DNA of 64,000 nucleotides. Source: Camelus dromedarius. Lineage: Eukaryota. The translations under genes were made by a program, and so were the position numbers. This document shows, piece after piece, positions 37,901 through 51,384 of this stretch. The DNA is taken from NCBI RefSeq assembly GCF_036321535.1, contig NC_087436.1:62622001-62686000 (forward strand), written 5' to 3'. A model generated the notes under the pieces. It had not been told where the DNA came from. It worked only from the letters and a program-made list of their open reading frames with translations, and ran no database searches. How positions within the stretch are numbered: the first letter of the stretch is position 1; the number at the start of each line of letters is the position of its first letter.

Positions 37901-38384
37901 TGCAAATGTGACAGTGGAAAGTTGTGGCTAGAAATTCTCAGGAGACTTGTGTTCATCGCCTTAATGCAGTTACAGGTTTTAGATGAATTTACTTGTCGTC
38001 CTGGGAACAGTGGGGCTTATTTCTTATACCCCCGAGGGTAGCTATGTAAATTTCTCAATTCTCATCATTATGTGGGGGTCCTATAACATTCCCCAGCTTT
38101 AGTAGACCTTAGTTTTATTTAGTGCTTCACTTGTCTAATGCAGCTGCCCAGATTTGAGCAGAAACTCAATGTTTAGGTTGGTTTTGATACTTTCTACCAG
38201 CCAGGAGTCACAGTTTCATTTATTTTAGATTCTTGGTAGATTCTTTTCACTTACAGCAGCCTAACAGAGGGTAAAATTGTATCAGTAACTTTTTCTATAT
38301 AAATACTTATATTTAAAATTCTATCTTAATTTTAGTTGTTAATATATCTTCCTTGTATTTTAATACTTATTAATACTATAGTAC

Positions 38385-38620
38385 CTGACATTTTAGTAAC
38401 TGCCTAGTATGTTCTAACTTGATGCTAAGCATTTAAAGCATAATCTCATTCAATACTCAAAGCGATTCTTTGAAAAGGATGCAGTTATAATCTTTATTTT
38501 TATACGAAGGAGCTAAAGTTTTAGGAGGTTGAAAAATCAAAGGTCCCATATCATGTAATTTTCAAAACTAAAAGTTAAACTCAGTGCATCACTTGCCAAA
38601 GCTCTAACAATTAGGCATGA
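38385..38620 (-). mobile_element. MIR
   Basis: 'tgctaagcattt...aatctcattcaatactcaaagc...ttttatacgaaggagctaaagttttaggaggttgaa...aaggtccca'. Confidence 0.7.
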
Positions 38621-40429
38621 TATGTTTTAATTTTTAATAATTTTCTATTTTAATAATTAGATCAGTAAAACATTTTCATACAGCTGATATAAGAAATAAG
38701 GACCATGTTTTAGTATGTAATTTAGAATGAATCTCCCACAGTGGTTCTAACTGTAAATGAGGAAGCAAATATGTGTACATCCTTCATGGGAAAATTGGAG
38801 ATTTATTTGTTAATTGGCTTTGAGATCCTAGGATTAAAGGTTTAAGTACTATCTTTATTAAGGATAAAAACTAATTAAAATTTTAATCTCAGATAATCTT
38901 AGGATTAAAGGATATCTCTTAAATTTCTAGAATGGTTAATTGAGATAAACTGCTCCTTTACAGTCATACACACCTCTTCTTTCACCTTTCCCGTCGATGA
39001 TTTTCATTCTGGTCACTGTCTTTGGTCAGTGGCAAAAACTTCTTTTTCTTTTGCTTGAAAATCACAAAGTTTCCAATATTTAGATCAAGAATGCCTGCAG
39101 TCTGGTTTCAATAGTGATTATTCCCCTACGTCATAAGGATTACCCAAGCAAGATTCAAAAATCCTAGTCTATGAGTAGTCAAGTTTTGAAGAAGAAAGCA
39201 TTTGCACAATTCATTAAAATGATTTCTAAACAAATCTAGGAAATTATAATTAATATAAGGAAGTTAAAACAATTTGCAACATGGTTCCAGTTATTCTTTT
39301 GTCTCTCATTACATTGCTGTTTATTCCATATGAGTTTGGATGGTGACACAGGTTTGGGACTGGCCTTGGTTTACATGAAGAAATTAATATTTTCTACAGA
39401 CTAGGCTTTTCCCTTTTCTCAAAGAAATCCAACTGACCATGGGAAAACACCCATTTTCTGCACAGGGACTATTTTACTTAATGTACTCCACTTGCAGAGT
39501 CTAAATGATGTATGTTTAATGTATTTTTATTAAATAATTAGTGAAGAATGTATTATAAATATTACCAAAAAAGGAATACCAACTATATATACATGTATGC
39601 ATATTTATCCTAGTTTCATTATAGCAAAAAAGAGCAATTAAGCAATCAATTTTGTTTCCATGCTTCTGATAAAAATATTCTGAAATCAAAACATAATAAA
39701 CATTTATGAAAGGCTAACGATGACCAAGTATCTGTATTTTATATTGTAGATCCCCCCCCCCCAAAAGCCCCTGCTTCCAGTGTTTTATCATTTAATTTGG
39801 GAAAGTATGAAATAAACATATAGACTCTTATACCAAATATTTTTTAAAGTAAATAATAACAAAGCTGAAGGCTTGGAGCTTGAAGAACAGAAACATTTCA
39901 CTCTGTTCTACAAATACTATCTATAGGAAAAGAGAATTAGAGCTTGAGATTTTAAGAATGGGTAGGATCTGAGATACTGTTGTAGTCTAGTTCTGAATGA
40001 AAGGCTCTTAGAAATGAATTTCTCCAGTGGATTGCTAGAACTTCTGTCAGTGTGTCCTATGTTATAGGCCACTTAGTTCTAGTGGGTGTTCCTCTTCCTA
40101 TGTTGTGCCTTAATATGAATGTTTTCTAGATATTTGGTTTTTACCAATCTTTTCATATTTCATTTGCAGGCTTTCTCTGAATGAGCCTTTGTGGTGTTAT
40201 GTAGTGTAAGTTCTATTCCTGGAAGTCAGTGCCTTCAAATTCTCATTTATACTCCGAATACAGATGTTTGAGTCTAATTGGCTATTGGATCTACCTACTT
40301 GACTATTCAAACAAATCAAATTCAGTATATATAATAACATACACTGGTATAGTTTTGATTCCAAATAATGATTATACTTAAAGGCTGGGAAAACACACTG
40401 TAAATGAGAAATAATGATGAAGAACGGTT

Positions 40430-40705
40430 AGTTAATATGAAAGGTGAAGAAGGTCTAAGAGAGGAATATTCGTGCTGAAACATGAGGACACACTGCCCAG
40501 GTGAAAGAGCAGGGTTGGGGGAGAGGGGTGGCAGTACAAAGAACAGATGGTATTCTGAGACGTTAGAAGAAAAAGTTGAGAATATCTGTGGAATCGCCAG
40601 AAGTTCAGTGAAAGTAGGCTGTTGAAAGATATGGGGTGGGCAGCGTTAGGTGTAGCTAGGAGGGTAGGCAGGAGTCAGTGATGCGTGGCCCCAGATCATA
40701 AGCCT
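40430..40705 (-). mobile_element. L2 fragment
   Basis: Purine-rich 'gctgaaacatgagga...ccaggtgaaagagcaggg...agaagttcagtg...gctaggagggtaggcaggagtcag'. Confidence 0.55.
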
Positions 40706-42594
40706 TGACACAAGCTGTACAACTTGCTTCTTCACATACTTTCTTCTCAAAACTTCACATCACTGAAACATTCTCTATTTAGAAATTCTGTGACTCAATA
40801 TGTTACACATAAGTTATGTGTATAAACTGCTATGACTTCTGGCCAACATGGTAGCAAATGGAGAATGGGGCAGGGATAAGGGAGTAAAGTAAATAAGTGT
40901 GAACTACAGTTCCATGATGGATGCGCTACTATAGCCCACAGAAACACAGGGAGAAGGAGGGAGAGGCATCTTGGGTCTTTCAGTCTTCTTAAGCCTTATC
41001 CCCAATCAGATATTTAGAAATACGCATATGTAAACATTTGCACATATGTTTTTAATTTTTATCTATTTGAAATGCATTTAATGGAACTGTAGTCTTCCCT
41101 TTAAACCTAGGCATTAAACCTAAGGATTCTTTAAGCTCATATTTTTCTAAATCTGGGACAAATCCTCCTCAGTTGGAATAGTGTCTGAACCTTGCCCACA
41201 TCCCCAAAACAATAAAATTAATTAAAAATTCTTACAGTGTTTCTAGACTAATTCACTCAATTCATAGAAGAGGAAATTGATACCTCAAAGTAATCACATC
41301 TCTAAGTGCCTTGGAAAACGAATATCAGATTAAACACAGATTTCCAATTTTTACAAAGAACAAAATTTTCTGAGAGTACAAGAAATAAAAATAAAGTGAA
41401 AAGCAAAGATATACGGTGATAAAACTCTGAAGTCCTAACAGTTGTTTCTTTCCATTCTACGATAAGTTGTGGGAAATAGTCTTGTTTTCTGTTGGGCCAG
41501 ACTGAAGACTTTATCTTGAGTTTGGAGAGGTTTTTTTTCTTTTTGTTTTTTAAGATTTTATTATATATACCTTGATTGAGCTCCTAAGTCATAATCCCTT
41601 TTTTCTTCTGATTACCAATAAATTTGATTTTTAAAATTTTTCTGGATTACAGAGATCTTGTTTAATAATTACATTTATTATGTAGCTGGAATTTACCTAG
41701 TGAGTTAAACAGGATGATAATGTGACCACTAATTAAGAGAAACTTTGTTAATAAACAATGACATTTTTACTGCTGATCGCTAGAAACAATTGCTAGAAAC
41801 TATCAAAAGTTTCTTACATCTCTTAGATGATTTTCTCTGCATCCAATTATAACTATTTACAATCAAATGCTGAACATCTCAAACTAATGGTGCCATTTAT
41901 TACAGAAAGTTATCTAATGAGTAGATGTTAACTGTATCCCTGACACAAAAGACTTCACAAGAAAGAATTCTTCTTCTGGTCTTAATCACTGAAATAATTA
42001 TTGTTCAAGTAAATAACATGACCCTATCTAAATTAAGGTACCTAAGTGAAATTTATTTTGCTGATGAGTAAAATTTTTACATTACTTAATATGTAAAACC
42101 CCATACATGCATTGTCTTATAGCAATGTTTTGTGGTATTCTATTTCTCTCACTTACTCCAATGTGTTTATTACAGTGGCTTTTGAATGAATATGCAAAAG
42201 CGTTTTACACATGGTGTGCCAAAGCAGGAGTGGTCATTATTTAAAGCACTATGGCAATGAACATTATAATTTTAAAAGTTCTGGATTTGTTTGAAAGTGT
42301 AGAACTACAGATACACATGCATATAAAGTATGATTTCCTTAAGTAAGCTGCAATGAAGTGTCATTGAGAATTTAAACATCATGGTACAGCAAAAGACTGT
42401 ATATAAACCCAGCCTCAATGCGTGTATTTTTGACTATGTTTGAGTGTTTAGTCCACATAGATATCTGTTTTTAGAAGTTGCTGTGATAATACATGTGTTA
42501 CTGAAATATAATGAATACACTGTAATATATGAATAAATTATGTTTTCCAAAAAAAACCCAACACTAATGTTTTGGCTTACATGGTAAAATGTAA

Positions 42595-42682
42595 AGATAG
42601 ATAGATAGATAGAATGAGAGAAAGAAAGAGAGAGAGAGAGAGAGAGAAAGTAAGCAAAGAAGAAAGGAAGGAAGGAAGAAAG
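42595..42682. repeat. Compound purine-rich microsatellite (GATA)n-(GA)n-(GGAA)n
   Basis: Directly visible; accounts for ORFs 42577-42768 and 42614-42817. Confidence 0.95.
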
Positions 42683-45149
42683 AATCCTAGACTCCTAGGA
42701 AAATTCACCAAGAGATTGCTTTGTTCAGCTCTCCAACAGTTAAAAGAAAATGATCTTCTGAATTCCATATTTGACTATTTACCATGGTATCTCTGTTATT
42801 TCTCTGTTATCTGCTGACTTCTGTAAGGGAGCCACATTGCCCCGTATTCCTTGCCTACCTGAATTGGAAGAGACCATCTTATTAACCCAGTTTCTGTAGA
42901 GGAAATCTTGTGCTGTAACTTCTCAAAGTCTAGGCTTTAAGTGTAAACTTAATTGTTACATAAAAACCTTCAGCTACATTTTTTTTTATGAGGTACCAAA
43001 AATTGGTATCTGGTTGTGATCATAGGAAGTTCCCCTCTCCTCAATGTTCACTACACCAAGACTTACTTCCTTTCTTCTTTGGGGTGAAATCTGTTTTGTG
43101 ATGTTAGATGGAGATTAGGGAATGACTGTAAGATTCAGTTTCTATAATATGGAATAGATTTCCTAAGGTCAAAGTGACTTCTGGCTTCACACTATCCAAC
43201 ATTCTTCTTTTAGATTCCAGACTGGGTGTTTATTTGTTTACTATTGTAGGTGGAAATGAACCAAAAATAGAACATCTGCATCTTTAGTAGATTAAGACAG
43301 ACGCCTGAGAGCACTGACTGGTATTCTGCTACTCTTTTTTTCCCCCTTTTATTCCAATTAAGAATAAAGTAGAATATTCAGTCCTCTCTTGTCTTCTCTC
43401 CAACAGATTAATTATCTCTATAAATATCTCAGTGAGTGTTTTTCTCTAAGATTTAGGGCCTCGACATTCCAAAATGTTGAACTTCTAGGATGGCTAATGA
43501 CACCTTCTTTACAAGATGTAAGCAGAAAAGAATTGTTCTCTATACCTGGACTGTAATAAAATAAATGATAATAATTCCTGGGCTATGACAGCAGATGCCA
43601 AATTGAGTTCCTTGACCATTATAATACCTCTTCTATCAGTTTGAAACTTTAATATACACAGGAAGGAGTTACTGCTTCTGTCATAGCTTCATCCTGCTCA
43701 GAAGTACTGCAGATCCTCATTGCTTGCCAAGGGTATTTACAAGTCCTTCATTTATCAGTCAAGTTACCTCCAGCAGTGCAAACTTAGTGAATGTTGGATT
43801 GTGTCAAAATCATGCTACCTTCACAGAAGCATGTTTGTGTCTAATGATATGAACCAATTGAGTACTACCTGACGGAACATTGAAAAAGAGAGTTTAATGA
43901 GCTCTGTGACAGAGTCAAGACTTCTAGGGAGGAAATAATTAAAACATAAGTAAACTGGAGTGGTAAGAGTGGTCGGGACAAAGAGATTAACTAGAAAGTT
44001 AAAATAAAGTCCAAAGACTGAAGCTAAAACTGAGAATGGCTTGAAGTTTCAATAGGAAAGAGAGAGATGCATGAGGATATAAAGAAGATTCTGTGGTCAG
44101 AGAAGACAGTTCAGAAGGTGATGATTTCAACCTGTTATTTCCTAATGGAGATTGAATACATGGTACAACTCTGAGTGGCTAAATGGAAATGGAGATAAAG
44201 CTTGTTTGAGTTTGAATTGTCAAATGACTGTGAGGTGAAGATGTTGTAATGATCCTCAAAGAAAATATAGATGCTACTAATTTGAAGAGCTGTGGTTCAG
44301 ATTTAATGTGTTAAGTGAGAATAATGGGAATGAAACCCTAGGTGCTAAAATTCATAGAAGGAATGAGGTAGAAGTGACAAATAAGAGCTCTGTGCCATCT
44401 AATTTTGACTTCTCATCTGAATGTCCCATTTTGTTGGTCATAGGTCAGATCTCAATCAACACTTAAGTTGTACTTAATCAAATATGAAAACATTGGAAAT
44501 CATACACTTCAATTTTCATCATTTTTGAAATGAAATCACAAAAAGCCAATTGCAGCTTGATTTTAATCTCTCCGTGGATCCTTTTTGAAATAAATTGCTG
44601 TAGTTGTGACTCTTTCTCTGGGAAATTATTGAATATATACTAATCTTCAGGTTCCTGTCTGAAAAGTGACAAGTGTGACTACAATCCCTGAAATTGAAGA
44701 GATAACAAAGGATGTGCTGTGTGTTTATATGTATGTCTTAGAAGAGTAAAGAACCAAGTCGAATTTAAGTAGATTAGAGTAAATAGCAATTTAGTAACCT
44801 ACTCTATGCATTCACACACAATTATAACTTGTTCAAGAAAATTATACTTATAAATTCCCAAACAGTAGTATTAGGAGGAACAGTAGTAGTAGAAGGAACA
44901 GTAGTATTCCTTCTAAACATTATGGACGGTTGTAGATGAATATTTCTCTATTTTGCCAGAGAAAAACCAAAAAGAAAATAAATTGGCATAAAGAAGTAAA
45001 ATACACAAAAAGTCAAGCATCGGTTTTTGCAGCATTTCTGTAGGCATTATTTTGTGGCCAACAATTCAGGTAAAAGATGCTTGACATAGGACTGACCATT
45101 ACTTCTTACCAGTATTCTAAGCCCCTTGCTTAATGGGGAATTTCCTTCT

Positions 45150-46097
45150 CTAGAGTCCTTGAACATCTCTGGGTGATACTCAGCATACCTATGAAATTGG
45201 ATGAGAAAAATACATCTGAGTTTGTACTGTCCTTGTACTAAAATTTAGCATTTCCATCAATTATGTATGTGAACAATAATATAATATACCTGGAATGTAA
45301 CACAGCAATGCCTGAAATTTTGCCAACAATAGATTTTATTATCTTTTCCTGAACGTATTATAGTCATTGATGATACTTTGAAATAAATTTAGGCTTATCA
45401 TTATTTAAAAATTCAAGTAGTTATTAGATACTTTCCTAGATAATTTTGTTGAACAAGTTAATAGCACAACAGGTTATTAATTGTTAAAGATGAGTTAATG
45501 TGTCAGATTGGGTTTTCCTGGAGGCAGATATTGAAATAGAATTATAAATACAAAAAATTATTGAGGGAAATGTCTATACAGGGTAAGGAGCAGAGGGAGA
45601 AAGAATAGGCAGTGTTAGACTGCAGTGCTGATCTGAAACCTGTGAAAAGAGACAAGGAAGGAATAAGGGATGCAAGGAAGAGCCTCAGACTGCAGGGCAC
45701 CTCTAAGAAAGAATGGGCCACAAGATCCACGAGAAAGTCATAGTGCAAGGACCGTTGTTAGAGGAATCCCATGTTGGGTGGGATTGTCCCAAACTATTAA
45801 CTCTGCTGGGCTTGGTCATCATGTGAGAGGAGCGCAGTGGGTTCTGATGGTCAGGCGAATGGACACTGTGAGCCCGTTGTGCTTCCAGCAGCAGGTTCTC
45901 TTCTGAGTGGAGAGGTCTGAGTGGTGCACCATGGTGGCTTCCACAATAAATACATCATTATTTCCCCCATATTTTGATAACAGTATTTACATATGTGTTT
46001 CCCTTATGGTCCCTTTGTGTTGCTTTTAGTACATTTAGAAACAGTATTATGAACAGGTACCAAAGGATCCATGGTTGAAGAAAGGTTATGCACCCTT
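45150..46097 (+). mobile_element. hAT-Charlie relic (Charlie4/MER113-like) split by an LTR
   Basis: 'gaaattggatgagaaaaatacatct...aaatttagcatttcc' on the left and 'ccaaaggatccatggttgaagaaaggttatgcaccc' on the right, like the ...ggggtccatggcacaaaaaaggttaagaacccctg terminus. Confidence 0.55.
45499..45945 (-). mobile_element. ERVL solo LTR (LTR16-like)
   Basis: 'tgtgtcagattgggttttcctggaggcagatattgaaatagaatt...ggaagagcctcagactgcag...ggtctgagtggtgcaccatggtggcttccaca', with TG...CA ends. Confidence 0.8.
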
Positions 46098-46961
46098 CAC
46101 CTAGGAGAGACATAGGGAAGGACATCAAGCCAGCTTTCGTACTGGGTATCAACTTTCCGGAAACATTAACTCGTGTATCAATCTGCTAAACAACTCAGCA
46201 GATTGAATTGAATGATCTTCTTGAATTGTTTGACTTGAAGAGCTTGCATGAAATTCTGTCTGCTTGTAACTATAGCCTGGATGTCAATGCTTTGTCAATA
46301 CACAATGCTTTCTGTAAGGTTCCAAGAAATTCTGTATTAGGGCTCCAGAGAAACATGTTTGAAATATGGACTTTTGAAAAACTATTTCCAGTCTTTCAAC
46401 TCTTCTCTCAGTCCACTAGCAGAAACCAAAAAAAGAAAGAAAGAAAGAAAGAAAGATGTTTCAGAACCATAGGAGGAAGGAATCTGATTTATAACTAAAT
46501 CACATTATTGATTGTATGAGGGAAATATATATTATTTATATATTTTGCTTGCTCTCTGAAGTTTCAGTTTCGCATTTAATTCAATGCATGCTTCACTGAG
46601 ATGATTAAGATCTTAGGTTCTAAACAGGAAAACTGGAAAATCAGTTAAATCTGAGACAAAAAAAAACCTTCCTTTCTGTGGCCAGTGAAAAATAAAAACT
46701 TGTCAGAGTCAGCCCTAGTTTTTTCTTAAAGGTCTTTATCCTTTCCCTCCTATATGCCTAATTTACATTTGTCAAATTTGAATAATTTCTAATTCCAATA
46801 TCCTCATGTTTATATTCCAAATAATTAGTTTGCACCAGGATATGCTTTTGTAGAAAACCCCATCTTTGCTGCCTATCTCTATAAATTGTCTATCAACATA
46901 AATTATGGCTTATCACATTCAGTAGGTCACTCTGCACAAATCCACTTTTTCAAATCCTTTT

Positions 46962-47585
46962 TGTGATTATTAGTTTTATGTGTTAACTTGACTGGGCCCC
47001 AGGGTCCCCAGGTATGTAGTTAAACATTATGCTGTGTGTGTCTGTGAAGTTGTTTCTGGATGAGATTAACATTTGAATTGGTAGACTGAGTAAATTGCCC
47101 TCCCCAGTGTGGGTGGGCCTCAACCAATTTGTTGAAATCCTAAATAGAGCAAAAAGGTAGAAGGGAGAATTTGCTCTCTGGCCTACTGTCTTTGAGCTAG
47201 GACATCCATCTTCTTGTACATTATTGACTTGGACTTGGACTGGAACTCAACCAGCAGCTCTCCTGCTTCTCAGACTTTCAGACTCAGACTCAAAACCTGT
47301 GCCATTGGCTCTCCTGGGACTCCTGCTTCCTCACGGCAGATTCAGGGACTGCTCAGCCAACACAATCATGTGAACAAATTTCTTACAATAAATCTCTTCA
47401 TCTCTCCATGTATAAATGGCTGTAGGAGAATATATATAGCCTTCCTCTATGTATGCATGGATATCTCTATGTTTCTCTATATATACACTGTAGAGAGAGA
47501 GATCTGTATCTGTCTGTATAGCTAGCTATTTGGGGAGAGAAAGAGTGACTGTTGGTTCTGTTTTTCTGGAGAGCCCTGACTTTCT
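46962..47585 (+). mobile_element. ERVL solo LTR, MLT2 family
   Basis: 'tgtgattattagttttatgtgttaacttgactggg...tttctggatgagattaacatttgaattggtagactgagtaaa...aataaatctcttc...ttggttctgtttttctggagagccctgact' is the characteristic MLT2 pattern. Confidence 0.92.
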
Positions 47586-48489
47586 TTCAGTCAGTGAGTA
47601 ATAACATTTGGTGGAAAATTCTCCTTTTAGACTTAGTAAAGAGTTCATTAAATGATAGATTTGATAAAAAGCTAAGAGGGCATAATGGTATCAAAAGTGA
47701 GGAAAGAAGTCAGATTTCTCATCAACTCTGACTCACACATTTTGGCCTGAGGAGTTAAAAGGACTAAAAGAACTCAAACCTTGATCTTTGTTTAAAACAG
47801 ATCAGTGTTTTCTGATTTACTGACCCAATTTTCCATAGATTCCAGCAACATTTATTTTGTCACTGTGGAAGAAAAAAGGTTCCAGTGCTGAGAAGTTTAA
47901 CACCAAGGAAGTGATGAATGGAGTACTCAAAGGCTAGCTCTGTCACCAGCAAAACAGATTTCTCTACAAACTGTGATACTCGGGATTTGGGCTTTCTTAG
48001 GGGAAAATTTGATGATGAGTAGAAATTCTCATTTTCAGCATCTATTTCTCAGCTGGTTTCAGACAGAACGTACAAAACACTTCACGGAAGTAGGAGAGGA
48101 ATCATTGACATACTATGAGGTTAAAGTCTGAACCAAAGAAAACACAAGGATAAAACCATAACCTGAAAGTTCTGTTTCATATGAATATCTTTGAGATCTT
48201 TCTTTTCTTATGATGTTTAAAGGCATATAAGAAGGAAGGATATTGAATGAGCAAGATTTTGCAAGTGATGCGTGGAAATGCCTGGACAGTCAGTAGTCTT
48301 TCGAGTAAGACCTAGACTCTTGATCTTAGTCACATGGCTCTGGAAGCCAGCATGCTTGTTGGTCTATGTCATAACCTTGGAATAGAGTGCACGAGTAATC
48401 TGTGTTAGTTTGAAAGTCTCAATGCAAGCATTTTTGGAGAGCATTCTGCGGAAGAATATTGCATATGGATATAATCTATTATTATCTGC

Positions 48490-49070
48490 TTATTAATTTA
48501 TTCATCACTGTTCTGGTCTCTGGAGATATGGAGAAACAAGTACCCTGCCATTGTAGAACTTACATAGTTTAGGAACACAGACTAAAAATAAAGTCACATA
48601 AAGAAGGAAAATAGGCAGAGTTAACTTCTATGAAGAAAATGAACGGGTAATGAAACATAATAAATTAGGTTGTAAATTTATAGTTTGGGTAGTCAAGAAT
48701 GGCTTAAATGATAAAATTTTAGAAGAAATGTGAAGGATAAAAAGTGGCCACTGTTGGAAAAAAGAAAAAAAAAAGGACCAGGGACAAATTATTCCAGGTA
48801 AATAAAATATCATGGGTAATTGTCCTGTTTTGAGAAACAGAAAAGGAGGCATTTGGTGCTAGAGCACACTGAGTGAAGAGAAGAATAGTAACATGTTGGA
48901 GAGATTTGCAGACATCAGAAAATTTAGGGGATTATATAAGATTGTGAAAATTTTAGATGTTTCTCTAAAAGCAATGGGTAAACCATGGGAAGCCATTGGG
49001 GGATTTTGGGTAGTGAAGTAACTAGAACAAGTTAATTTTAAAAGATTACTCTGATTCTGCATGGAATCAA
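48490..49070 (-). mobile_element. L2a-like fragment
   Basis: 'ccctgccattgtagaacttacatagt...attccaggtaaa...tgagaaacagaaaaggaggc...gctagagcacactgagtgaag...atgggaagccattggggg...ttttaaaagattactctg'. Confidence 0.8.
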
Positions 49071-49829
49071 GTGGATTAGCCCGAAATATGGTATTTAACA
49101 CTGTTAAGAGGTGCAATATATGTTTATTGAATGAACAAATTTGTTCATAAACAAATGAATTGACATAATGGTAAAGGATTGATAAGACACTGAGTTTTCC
49201 CAGAAGCAGTGTCCTCGCCACATTGTGATCGTAGGATTTGGTCAGTAGGCCTCAAGCACTTCCTATTTACCCTACATTGAGAATCCCACAGTAAATTCAA
49301 GACAGATGCAGGGGAAGAAGAGAAACAGTCACCTGGTTACAAAATACTTCCAGTCAGTTTTATTTCTCTGCTGTATTGCTATTGAAAACCATACCGAAAG
49401 TGGGCAAATCGGAACACCTCTTAACTTTTGAAGCAGTAAGAGGAACAGTCTCTGTTTCTGCCCAACCTGATGTCCATTTTCATCTCTCATCACAGTCTTG
49501 TAGTGCACTGATACAAAAAACACGTGTATACAGAAACATCAAAAATAAGTTGGAAAAACACAAGTGAAGCAGTTGGATTTGGAAAAATAAAAGCAGAATA
49601 AAAATTTGGGCTGAGAAGAACAGAATCAATTCTACTTGCAGAAACTCAGGGTTTTCATCATTTTTCCTGTGAGAAAGAATTAAAAAAATGTATCAGGACT
49701 TCACTCCTTACGTCTTGTCAATGTCAACTGTATAGTAAAACTGAGTAATGAGTATTTTTTATCTCATGTCATAATTTGAATTTGTCAATTTCAACAATTA
49801 TTATAAATTTCCAAATTAAAGAATCCAAA

Positions 49830-50520
49830 CCATTCATGCTCTCATTGCTTCACTCATTTATTAAACATTATAGAGTGTAATACATGCCAAGCAGTGCTAG
49901 GACATGGGGTAAAGTAGTAAATAATTGTAGATGCTTCTTCTGCCATCAACAGACTTCACAGTCTAAGGGTTTGTACACTGTGCATTTTCAATATAATATG
50001 ATTAATACATCATGAAATAGATGTAGAGAGTTACCCCTTTGTAAGGAAGTGTTTTACGCCAAACATGTAGGATCAAATTATTCCTCCCAGTGGAACTGAT
50101 AGCTAAGCTAAACCTTAAAATTTGAGGATTTAGTCAAATGAAGTCAGCATTATTGACATAAATAACTTGGAGAAAACCATACTATGAACAAATTACTTGG
50201 GAAAAATAGAAAACCAGTGTCTCACAATAATGGATAATTATGTCTGGATGGAAAATAGTATGTGATACGTGGTGTCTCACGGTGGTAGAGGGGGTTGGGT
50301 GGGTAGAACTAAAGGATAATCCAAGTAAAGAGGAAAGCTTGGATAATAAGAAAAGTCCTAGTTTTCCAGGGCTTGTAAACTACATTAGCATGTTTGTCCT
50401 TTGCCTTAGTGCTTCATAAAGCCATGGAAAGGTTTTAATCAGAAGTACCACATAATCAAGTATAATTTTAAAAATATTACTTTGGCTGCAATGTGGAGAA
50501 TTTATTGAAGAATGATAAAT
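49830..50520 (-). mobile_element. L2 fragment
   Basis: 'cactcatttattaaacatt...catgccaagcagtgctagg...cttcacagtcta' and 'gccatggaaaggttttaatcag...aaaaatattactttggctgcaatgtggagaat'. Confidence 0.75.
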
Positions 50521-51146
50521 GAGGAAAGAGAGTATAGATGTTAGGATTCGGTGATCTCTTTTTTGACTACTCCAGTGGAAAGTATCCTACTGAGAGGAAA
50601 CATTCAAATAAATGGTGCAGCACCTATTTTAAAAAACATTACTTGAACAAAGGATATTTCTGGTGGGGCTTCTTTTTATGTATATGCAACATAAAAAGTA
50701 TGCATCAGTTTTGAATCACTAAATGCTATTCGAGACTGGATAATACAAATAATTAAATGAAATGAAGGGCAATTTGAATATTCAGAAAGCACCTTTTCAT
50801 GCTGAATGTGTAAGCTTATCATATATAATTGCCGTACACAGATACTCTCTTTTCAAAATGTAGGTTCCTTTTGAATTCTTTTCAACAAGTGGAATTATTC
50901 TTCTATAGCATTCAGAAGGGAATTCACATTACAATAGTATTTACCAAGAAGCAACAGAAAAGTTTAAAATAATACTTAGGGGGGGAAAAAAAGAAGAAAA
51001 TCACAGGCACTCTCATCGCTGTAAAGAGCCAAGAAATGACGTATTTGTAGTGATGTGTGTAAATGCCGAGGGAAGCTTTATGAAGAGGGCTCGAGACCTC
51101 AAAGTTGTGTCACATGGAATCATTCTCCTGTCTTTGCTATCCTAAT

Positions 51147-51167
51147 GGTGCTGTCCATGGTTCTCCT
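51147..51167 (-). promoter_or_regulatory. Candidate RE1/NRSE (REST) motif
   Basis: Minus strand AGGAGAACCATGGACAGCACC versus consensus TTCAGCACCNCGGACAGCGCC. Right half and spacing are intact; the first 3 nt are mismatched. Confidence 0.35.
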
Positions 51168-51384
51168 GTGTTTATGCACGTGTGAGATGGACTGAAAATA
51201 ACCACCGACTTTCCCTTTATGTCATTACCTTTATCTGGCCCCTGAATCTCATCCACAGTATTTTAGAAAACATTGCACTATGCTTTTTCTTTGGAGCTCA
51301 TATCATTTTGATTTCAAAGTACCAAAAATAACAATGTATTTAGGAAGCAACTTTTCCTTGTGTGTTGGGTCTTTGTAGTAGCTC

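Noticed and set aside
40170..40205. Micro-exon candidate ttcatttgCAG|...|GTAAGT
   Set aside because: Only splice-like words, an unrecognised peptide and no supporting context.
40804..40822. 9-bp inverted repeat tacacataa-g-ttatgtgta
   Set aside because: Short, AT-rich and without associated structure; plausible by chance.
42577..42817. ORFs with RE/SL repeats
   Set aside because: Translation of a compound microsatellite.
44861..44915. CRISPR-like repeat-spacer array
   Set aside because: Mammalian DNA, 18-bp period, no unique spacers and no cas genes; it is a micro-duplication.
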